In this document: positions 49,731-58,693 of the stretch, in pieces
How positions within the stretch are numbered: the stretch's first letter is position 1
Layout: every line of letters starts with the position of its first letter
From: Azolla caroliniana
Taxonomy: Eukaryota; Plantae; Polypodiophyta
Assembly: GCA_043228905.1 (NCBI GenBank)
Contig: JBHGNT010000006.1
Coordinates: forward strand, 14,942,001 to 15,006,000
Direction: 5' to 3'
DNA: 64,000 bases
Program-made: the position numbers and the translations under genes
The notes under the pieces: generated by a model
Database searches by the model: none
Seen by the model: the letters and a program-made list of their open reading frames with translations, nothing else
Told to the model about the DNA's origin: nothing

Positions 49731-52700
49731 AGGGGGAGTTTGTTGGGATTACGGTCCCTCCGGATGGGATGGTCGGATGTCCGGAGATGAATGACGGCAA
49801 GCCCGGCTGCGGTTACGGAGCCGGATGATGAAGACCCTGGCTACGGAGCCGGATGATGAAGACCCCGGTTACGGAGCCGGATGCTGAAGACCCCGGTTAC
49901 GGAGCCGGATGACGAATGTACCCGGAGAGAGATCCGGATGCGGGGACATATTTGTGAATATGTTTGCCAAGAGCCCTTGAGGCTATAGTTGTAAATAGCC
50001 CAAAAGTCATATGTGTATAAATATAACTTAGGGCAAACAGTTTATGTTGTTGCTCGTTTTTCATGCGAAGTGGTTGCAGCCGAGAGAGCGAGAGAGAGGG
50101 AGAGAGAGAGACGAAGAGGTCGTTGCCTCTGTGTATTACCGCCGCCTGTGGCGAAGACAGTGAGCTCAAGGTTGTTGCCTTGTAGCTTCACCAGTGTACA
50201 TCCCTGTTCATAGTGATAGTTGGAGTTTGAGAACTCCCGTGGTTTTTCCCATTTAGGGTTTTCCACGTAAAATATCCAGTGTACCTTTCTCTCTGTTGTC
50301 TTCGTGTACATTTGTATTTCCTATTTTCTGTAAGTTGATCCTATTCCTCGGTTGTGGCCGAGCACCGTGTGCAACAGATTTGACCTTTGTGCCTACCTAT
50401 CTACTATACAACAAGGGGCGTGCCCACGTGTAAGGGTCGGTTCACACACACTATACACGGTTTGCGCCGGGGGACGGTTCTCTTCACGACATCCGCCCCC
50501 ACCTAACCGCGCATCCACCGGTATGCACCAAAATTGGGTTCCTACGGGAGAAAACTGATCCTTGCTTTTATTCCTTGTTTACCGATTCATCCTCTGCCTC
50601 GGGCTGCTCATCGTTGCTGTCCATGCCCCCTTGCTCCGGCTCACCGTCGCGTCGTTTCTTGAACGCTTTGATCCTCTTCCCCGCTACCGGTATTGCCATT
50701 CTAGTACCGTCGAGCTCCGCGAAATGGTACGTCCCATTGTTGTTGGCGCTTGTTACTACGTAAGGCCCGAACCACCTCGTCGCAAACTTCCGCATGGCCC
50801 TGTGCTGATTGTCGAGCCTGCTGTCGTAGACTAGTACCCAGTCACCTTCCTCGATCTTTCGTGGCCGGAGCCGGTGTGTTCAGTCGAACCGGGCTTTGTT
50901 CCTTATCCTCGCTACCCGAAGTTTCTCCGCGGCTCGCTCTACGTCCTCCGGCCTCCGCTCGAGCTGTCGAATCCGCGCCGCCAACAGTTTCTCCCGACTC
51001 ATCTCATCCTTCTAGTCCACCGTGGCCCATGAGGAGATCGTCCGCTCTGTTGGCATGATCGGCTTCTGTCCGAACATAAGCTCGGCCGGCATGAACCCGG
51101 TTACCGAGCTGTGCGTAGTCCGGTCCGCCTACAAGGCATATGGTAGCAGCCTTGGCCAGTTCCCGACTTGGCCTCCGCACGCCCGTACTAGCGCTTTGAC
51201 AATCGGCCCGTGTCCGTGCTCTACCTTCCCGTTCGCCTCCGGATTGTATGCTGTGGTGAGTGAAAGCTTGATTCCTAGCCGGCCGAACAGCTCTTCGGCC
51301 TCTTCTGCGTTCAACTCACCATGGTCAACCACGATCTTCCCTACGCACCCATATAAAAAACCGGCACACAGCTGCAGTCGTCTTGTTCTGCAGGGCTCGG
51401 CCTTCAACCTGGTTCGTTAGATCCTCTCGAGCCAGCACCAGATACCGCATCTGCCCTACCCCCATTGGCATCGTCACCAAATCCACCATCCACTTGAAGT
51501 GGACGGTCGGAGGGTAGGTCGGGTGAAGCTCGTCCCAGTGTCAGATCATGGAGTGTACCTGACAGCTTTCGCAAGTCGTCACGAACCGATGCACGTCCCG
51601 GTATACTTCCCTTTTAGCTTTTCGAACGTAGCCCACGTTCCACGGTGTCTAGCCCATGGACTATCGTGGTACGCCGCCAACAAATCCTCATGTTCCTCCT
51701 TCTTCGTCACCACTCGGAGCGAGATGTCATTCCTCTTCTTCGGGTGCTTCCATATGTACCCGTCCCGGAGAAAGAATCGGTAGGCTTTCTTCCAAATCCA
51801 GTTGGCCTCGTCCTTTGTCCATGCCGCATCCGGTGTCATTTTTTTCAGGAACCCGCCGATCTGCAGCCACTCCACGTCGTACTTGCTCTCGTCGAAATCA
51901 TTAAGCATTGGAGTGCACTCCTTGCCGGTTGTTACGTGAGCCGCCTTGAAGAAGTCCACGCCGACTTCCTCGTCCTCCGAAACCATGCCGCCCTCATTTT
52001 CGAACCTCGCCCTTGAAAGCATGTCGGCCATGGCATTGTCTTTCCCGGAAATGTGTCGTTTTTCTGGATTCAGGGACTTGATGTATGCTATCCACCTTAG
52101 CATTGCCAGGTCCGGCGTCGCGCATCCGGAAACCATGCCAAGAATTGGCAGGCAGTCCATCTTGATAATTACCTCTGCCCCGATCAGGTAGTCTTTATCG
52201 GCCTTTACCGCCGAAACGATACCCAGAGCTCGCGTTTAACCTGGGCGTATCCTCGCTGTCGCTCGCTGAGGACCTTCGCGCCGAACCGGACCGGGAAACA
52301 CATGTCGTCCTCGTCCTCTTGGTTGACGTAAATTGGAGTGTCTATCGTTACGTAAATTGGAGTGTCCTTTCCGTAGACAGCCTTTCGGAGCGCCGGAGCT
52401 GCGGCAAGTGCTTCCTTCATCTTTCGGATAGACTCCGTATGCTCGTCTCTCCACTCGAATTTTCGCCTCTTTTTCAGCAACCTGTATAATGGCTCCGCGA
52501 TGTGAGCGTAATGCGGGATCCATATGTGGTAGAACGCGCACGCTCCCAAGAACCTCCGAACCTCCGTGACTGAGCTACAGTTGTCCTTCATCGTGGAGAT
52601 GGCTTCTACCTTAGTTGGAGACGGTTTCCGGCCGTACGACCCGCATAGGTGTCCGACGACCATGATCTCTGATTGCCCGAAGGGCGATTTTTCCCTGGAG

Positions 52701-54182
52701 AAGGTGAACCTCATGCCCTCCAACCTCTGCAGCACCTTCTCACAGTCATCAATGTGTGTCGCCACGAATTTCCGGCACCCGTCCGGTCCGATCGTCTCGT
52801 CCCTTTCCTCCACCGGGCATCCCTTGATCGGGACGTCGTCCAAAAACGGCATGGTGATGTTCGGGATACAATCCCTCAGCACCTTGTTCATTGCGTTCAC
52901 CATGTGAGCCACCGAGTTCGTCCCTCCTTGTGGTAGAGTACACATCCGTACTAGGCCGAGAGGAGTTCGCATTGTCGTGATGTCTTTGCTCTCTATGGCT
53001 AACTGGAACTGATCGTACCCCGAGTAGAGATCACCAACCGAGTAAATCGACCTTCCGGCGAAGGCCTCCGTGAACTCGTCTATTGTCGGACTGATTCTTG
53101 CGTTTGGAATGGTCACCTTGTTGACCGGCTGCAGGTCTTGAATAAAGCGTAGCGTGCCGTCCTTCTGCGGCACGGTAAACCACCGATTCGAGTATGGGGC
53201 ACTCGACGGTTCGAGGATTCCCATCTCGACCTTCTTCTTTAACAGCTCCATCAGCTTCGGGATGTGAGCTCTGGGTACTGGAATCGGTTTGAGACTCCAC
53301 GGCACATGCGGTACCGTGAATATCACCATCAGTTCCACAACTGTCGGGTCTACGCACCCGATCTCCTCCGGTGAGAATGCGAAAGCCTTCTCGTGCCTTC
53401 CGAGCATTCCCCGAAAACGGTCCTCTTCCCCCAGCAGTAGGAAGCCGCCCCCTCCGATTTTGAGCTCACACAGCGTTATGTCGGTGAAGGTGTGTCCTAT
53501 GCGGGCCGGATTTCGTAAACTCAGGTCCGACGCAACCCCCTTTATTTGCCATTTCCCCTTCTTATAGAAGTCCATGGACATCAAATTGATTTCTGAACCG
53601 TGGTCCACCAACGCCACCACCGGTTCATGAACATCTCCGATCTTCACGGGGGTCTCCGTGGTCGCTCTGGCCCAGTGCGGCCTCGAATAGTGGCTTTCCG
53701 CCAACTCGTCTTCCAACGCCATGTCCTCTATGTGCGTCGTCCGCACCTCCACCGGTGTTACCGGCCGGCAAGGAGTCCAAAATACGGAATTAATTAGATG
53801 GTTGTAAATGAGCATAGTGTGGACGGACGGACTGGAAACGGTATGCCGTTCCAGATCCGGACGGATCCCGAATAGGTGCGAGAGACACCGTTTTGTACTA
53901 CGGGCCGGAAACCTATTTAAAGGCCCGGACCCTATTGTAATGACAGCGGATAATTAATAGAGATTATGATGTTTATACTTCTGTCTTGATTTCCGTTCTG
54001 TAATCATTGTTATATCTTACGCGTGTAATTAACCTAAGCAATCTAATCGTGTAAACTACGTAAGTCGGTGTAATCGTTGAATCTTAATCCTTTGCCGTAA
54101 TCACCCTTTGGTGAAGTGTCTCCGTGACACCTTGTGTTAGGCCTTGTCCGGCTAAGCGAATAACACAGTTTTGGCGACCACG

Positions 54183-55628
54183 ATGGGATCAGAAGATAAA
54201 TGGCTGACGAACATGCACCAGTTCCTAAGCACGGGCCTGCCACCGGAGGAAATGAACCGGGACGAGAGGAAACGACTGGCGGTGCAGAGCCGCAATTTCT
54301 GTCTGTTACGGGACACTCTCTACCACAAAGGAGCAGATGGAATATGGAGACGGGCAGTCCGTAGTGACGAGAAAGAAGTAATCTTACGGGAAGCGCACTG
54401 TGGGGTTGCCGGAGGACACTATGCCGGGGAAGCGACGGCAAGAAAGGTATGGCAGAGCGGCTTATGGTGGCCCACGACGCTAAAAGATGCCGTCAGGTAT
54501 GCTAAGGAATGTGACCTATGCCAACGAATGGGCCAGCCTACGGAGCAAGCACGGATGCCACACCAACCGGTACTTCCACTAGAGCCATTCCAGAAGTGGG
54601 GATTGGATTTTGTCGGACCGTTCAAGCCACCGGCAATGAGAACGGGTAATCGTTATGTCATCGTGGCAACGGATTATTGCACGAAATGGGTGGAAGCTAA
54701 GGCCCTGAGAGACAACACCGCGTCATCTACAGCAAAATTCCTGTACGAGAACATTTGGTGCCGATATGGATGTCCGATTGAACTGATCAGCGACCAAGGA
54801 GGGCATTTCCTCGGCCAGGTAGTGGAAAGTTTAACAACGTTCTATGCCGTGGTCCATAAAAGAAGCACACCGTATTACCCACAGGCGAACGGGTTAGCAG
54901 AGTCCACCAACAAAACGCTGCAGAACATTCTCCGCAAAATTGTCAATGAAAACCGGACGGACTGGGACACAAAGCTCCATAGTGCGCTATGGGCGTACAG
55001 AACGGCATACAAAACGAGCATCCGGACAACGCCGTTCCGGTTAGCATTCGGCTTAGAAGCGGTCATGCCGGTCGAGTTTCAGGTACCAAGCTTACGGATC
55101 CAACTACGGGAACGGCTGAATGAAAAGAAGTCGGAGGAAATACGGCTAGCAGCACTATGCGAACTGGAGGAGCAACGGCTGGCCAGCATCCTCCACATGG
55201 AACTGGAGCAACGACGACGGAAAGCGTTCGTTGACCGTCACCGGAAAGGTAACGAAAAGATGTTCGAAATCGGAAAGCCGGTGCTAGTATTCCAAACGAG
55301 GATGGGCAAGATGCCGGGTAAACTCCGGTTCAGATGGACAGGCCCGTATTGGCTGACACGAGAATACAACGGGTCCTATCAGATAGGGACACTTGCCGGG
55401 GAAGTACTGGGCAAGTGGGTGAATGGATTTCGACTAAAGCCCTATAAAGGACCGATGCCAAAGAACCCGTTTATGCAGCTCACCGGCACTACACCAGGAA
55501 CCTGTCCGGGATCGGTACGGATTGATCCGGAAGAAAAGGACGACGGGGAACCCGTAGTAAATACGAAGGAAGACACGGCAACCCGTAAGGAAAACGGTCA
55601 GGGTCCGGAGGGACTTACGGATGTGTAA
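54183..55628 (+). CDS. R1 stand-alone integrase (Athila/Tat-like, 481 aa)
   Basis: HHCC zinc finger (AH....GGHY...CDLCQ); catalytic D (WGLDFVGP), D (ISDQG) and E exactly 35 residues later (NGLAES); GPY motif; no stops. Confidence 0.92.
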   Translation: MGSEDKWLTNMHQFLSTGLPPEEMNRDERKRLAVQSRNFCLLRDTLYHKGADGIWRRAVRSDEKEVILREAHCGVAGGHYAGEATARKVWQSGLWWPTTLKDAVRYAKECDLCQRMGQPTEQARMPHQPVLPLEPFQKWGLDFVGPFKPPAMRTGNRYVIVATDYCTKWVEAKALRDNTASSTAKFLYENIWCRYGCPIELISDQGGHFLGQVVESLTTFYAVVHKRSTPYYPQANGLAESTNKTLQNILRKIVNENRTDWDTKLHSALWAYRTAYKTSIRTTPFRLAFGLEAVMPVEFQVPSLRIQLRERLNEKKSEEIRLAALCELEEQRLASILHMELEQRRRKAFVDRHRKGNEKMFEIGKPVLVFQTRMGKMPGKLRFRWTGPYWLTREYNGSYQIGTLAGEVLGKWVNGFRLKPYKGPMPKNPFMQLTGTTPGTCPGSVRIDPEEKDDGEPVVNTKEDTATRKENGQGPEGLTDV

Positions 55629-55641
55629 GGTCACACACCGT

Positions 55642-55644
<3 letters not shown>

Positions 55645-55685
<41 letters not shown>
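55645..55685 (+). repeat. Poly(A) tract (~41 nt) between the two R1 ORFs
   Basis: Directly visible A run; its length is subject to homopolymer error. Confidence 0.9.
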
Positions 55686-55688
<3 letters not shown>

Positions 55689-56017
55689 AATCATTAAAAA
55701 TTGAGGTATGAACGGGTGTGAAAGCGAGGCGCGAAAAGGTACGTAGTGGGCATTTAAGAGACGCCACGCCACTTAATACTAAATTAGTACACGACGTGTG
55801 CATGCTCGAAAAAGGCGCCAAAACGCACAAAGAAGAAACAGAGCGCATGGAGACCTTCTATTTTCGCGAGCCAAGAAGCACAGAAGCACCAAGGCAGTGG
55901 AAGCTGAGCAAACGCGAACCTGCACGCAGAGAACCCCCGCGCTCAGAACGCTCTCTCTCTCGCTCTCACCCTCATCACCACTCTACCTCGCCATCGTCCC
56001 TCGACCTTGAAGCAGAC

Positions 56018-58693
56018 ATGGAACCACAAACGCTGTCGGAAGCGGCCAGGAAATGGTTCAGGCAAAACGGACTGGAAGGGTTCTTGGCCATCATGGAGGC
56101 ACCGCCGCACAGAGAAGCAGACCGGGTCATCAAGGAGCTCGCCACAGAGGTCATCACCGAGGAAGCGATCCGCGCGCTAACAGGCCTTCCGGAGGGAGGA
56201 ATCTTTCAGATCGATAACCCAACCTCGGAGCAACTCACCCGATATTTCGGTGAGTACTCTGTTGCCGGCAAAGGCTATCGGACGCAGGGCGGCGAAGATC
56301 CGCTATTCAGGGAGATAGCTCGAGTGCTCCACGAGTACGGTCACGTGTACCCCCGACCCCCTGTCATGCCAAAAAATCGGGCAGGGATGATCATAGCCAC
56401 CTATGAAGGGGTCAAGGTGGACTGGCCGGTGCTGATTGCAGACGGATTGTGCATGGCAATCGACATGGTACGAGGGAAGGACGGCAAGGAGGGCCGGAAG
56501 CTGTGGCACGCCGTAGCTCAATGGATAACATTGCTCGTGCCGCCGGTCGAGACCGCCCAGCCAAAGAAGCGGCCAAGAGTATCGGAAGGAAGCACCTCGA
56601 AGCCGGCGTCCAAACGACAGCAGCTGCTGGCGTCGAAGGCGGCGAAAGGGAAGAAACGGGTCCCAGAACCGGAGGAGGTGTCACCGGTCCGACCCGTCAA
56701 GATAACCTTACGGAGACCGGGACAGAAGGAACCGGAACCCTTGACGGCACAGAAACATGTCGTGGCACAGGAAGAGGAAACGGAGGAGCCGGAAGAGCAC
56801 CTCCAACGACGGCCAAGAAGTAGGACCGCCGAGACAGGAGGGGAGCGGTCGTACCCGCGAGAGGCAGAAACGCCCCCAACTCAACCTGAGCAAACCACAA
56901 GGGAAGAACCGGAACCGGTGCGTAGGGAACCGGTCTTGTCGACTTCTATAGAAGAAGTCAGTCCAACGGCTCCGGAGACGGCAAGAACCGGAACTCAACA
57001 GCCGGCGAGCCCAGCCAGAGCACACGGCGGCCAAGGAGTAGAACCAGAACGTCATATACAGGCAATCAGGCCAGACAATTCCACGGTGAATGAGCCGACC
57101 CGACCAGGACAGCAACAAGGCACCAGTAGCATGTGGCTACGGTGGGTAGGCGAGCAAATCGCCGGAGTGGTCGAGTATATAGAGGCGGAAGAGAGAGCGC
57201 ACCAGGAACGGTTGCTCGTCACAACCGTAGATCTAGAGACGGCCCGGTCCAGAATCCGGAGCCTTGAACAAGACTTGGACAGGGTCACAAGGGAAACACA
57301 AGTCCAAGCACCGGTGACTCCGGGCAATGTACAGAATAAAGAGGATCAACCTGTACATAGCAATCAGACCCCGGCAACGGAAACCGTTCCGGAGAAAAAT
57401 GCGGCACAAGCCCAAGAGCTTGCGGATTTAAAGGATGAGCTTGCTGCCCAAGAAGCGCTGAGGAGCCGCGAAAGAGAACTGAAAACGGCAGCGGAGGCAG
57501 AACTCAAAAAGACTGCTGAGAATCTACGCCGGGCCGAGGAGAGCTTACGGAAAGGCCACCAAGCGTACGACCGGCTCAAGGAGGAGAAAGAGAAAATGCT
57601 GCAAGAGAAGGAGAAACTCCGGAGGAACGCCGAAACAGAAGTAGAGCGCCTGAAAGAGGAACTCCGGCAGGTAAAGGACCGGGAGGACCGGAACCATCGC
57701 CAGATCAACGGCAAGCTCAAACTAAAAACAGAGGAATTTGAGAACTTGCACCGGGAGTATAAACGGTTGCAAACGGAGCACAAGGAACGGATGGATGAGC
57801 TCCGGCAAGCAGTTGATCGGACCGCAACCGCATTCGCCAAGGAACAAGCGGAAAACAGAAGACGGTTGGAAGAGGCGGAGAAGGTTCGGACAGAGCTCCT
57901 CAGGCAACAGCAGGCGGAAAAAGAAAGAGCGGCGGAGGTACTGCAGAGGCTGCAAACGACATATCAAGGGCAGCTGACGCGCTACCGAGAGCAGGCGGAG
58001 GATACGGCAAACCTCATCAAGCAGTTGAAGGAGGAGCGACAAGTGGTGGAAAGCAGAGCACAGATGGGATCAAGTCGCATCCAGGATATAATGCGGGCCT
58101 GGTTGAACCAGACCAAGAGCTTGATTGACAACGGCTCCGTCAAATGGTGGACCAAGTGGGCCACAAACGCGGCGGAACTCCAATTGCTCCGGGCTGACGT
58201 AGAGAACCGGCGGAAGGAGGGAGATGATTGCTATATGCTGACTTCCGAAGACTTCACCGGCATAAGGGATGAGCTTGCCGAAGACTTTCAAGCCTTGGCA
58301 GAGGACCAACTAGAGCAAGTCCGGCAACTTGTAGCTCAGCTGGACGACGACAGGCTGGAGGCGCAGATTCAGTTTGAAAGCTACGAGAGGTCCCGGATCC
58401 GGGGAGAGAAAGAACGAGAACCAGTTACGGTCAACCTCAGTGATGAGGAACCGTTACTGGAAGGAGACCGGACCGGAAGCAGTCAAACGGAGTTGCCGGA
58501 GCCAGAGAGACAAACGGAGCAGCCGGAGTCAGCGAGACAAATGGAGCAGCAGCAGCAAGCAGAGCAGCCGGAGCAACCTCAGTCACAACCGCAATCACAG
58601 CAGCAGCAGCAAGCACAGCCGCAACAACCACAACCGAAAGAACAAGCGGAAATTCTCGAACCAAGTATTTTGGACAATTTGGGTGAACAATGA
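56018..58693 (+). CDS. R1 extra ORF: N-terminal globular domain, P/E-rich linker, long coiled coil, Q-rich tail; function unknown
   Basis: About 3 kb open frame from 55718; in-frame ATGs include 55802 and 56018, so the start is uncertain. The N-domain has ITEEAIRALTGLPEGG...VDW, like extra ORFs of plant non-chromovirus elements. E/K/R/Q-rich heptads span ~57400-58400. Confidence 0.8.
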   Translation: MEPQTLSEAARKWFRQNGLEGFLAIMEAPPHREADRVIKELATEVITEEAIRALTGLPEGGIFQIDNPTSEQLTRYFGEYSVAGKGYRTQGGEDPLFREIARVLHEYGHVYPRPPVMPKNRAGMIIATYEGVKVDWPVLIADGLCMAIDMVRGKDGKEGRKLWHAVAQWITLLVPPVETAQPKKRPRVSEGSTSKPASKRQQLLASKAAKGKKRVPEPEEVSPVRPVKITLRRPGQKEPEPLTAQKHVVAQEEETEEPEEHLQRRPRSRTAETGGERSYPREAETPPTQPEQTTREEPEPVRREPVLSTSIEEVSPTAPETARTGTQQPASPARAHGGQGVEPERHIQAIRPDNSTVNEPTRPGQQQGTSSMWLRWVGEQIAGVVEYIEAEERAHQERLLVTTVDLETARSRIRSLEQDLDRVTRETQVQAPVTPGNVQNKEDQPVHSNQTPATETVPEKNAAQAQELADLKDELAAQEALRSRERELKTAAEAELKKTAENLRRAEESLRKGHQAYDRLKEEKEKMLQEKEKLRRNAETEVERLKEELRQVKDREDRNHRQINGKLKLKTEEFENLHREYKRLQTEHKERMDELRQAVDRTATAFAKEQAENRRRLEEAEKVRTELLRQQQAEKERAAEVLQRLQTTYQGQLTRYREQAEDTANLIKQLKEERQVVESRAQMGSSRIQDIMRAWLNQTKSLIDNGSVKWWTKWATNAAELQLLRADVENRRKEGDDCYMLTSEDFTGIRDELAEDFQALAEDQLEQVRQLVAQLDDDRLEAQIQFESYERSRIRGEKEREPVTVNLSDEEPLLEGDRTGSSQTELPEPERQTEQPESARQMEQQQQAEQPEQPQSQPQSQQQQQAQPQQPQPKEQAEILEPSILDNLGEQ

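Larger units (their letters stand above)
44991..50376 (+). mobile_element. C5: intact, very young Tnt1/Tork-like Ty1/Copia
   Basis: 636-bp LTRs at 44991-45626 and 49741-50376 (2 mismatches seen); TSD GATTT; PBS TGGTATCAGAGC at 45629-45640; PPT GAAGGGGGAG. Confidence 0.96.

Noticed and set aside
55645-55685. Poly(A) tail of a LINE, SINE or processed retrocopy
   Set aside because: No flanking TSD or upstream LINE/SINE body found; A-rich spacers are common in the 3' regions of Gypsy elements.
55718-58693. Envelope (env) gene call for the R1 extra ORF
   Set aside because: The position is env-like, but no signal peptide or hydrophobic transmembrane segment is visible.
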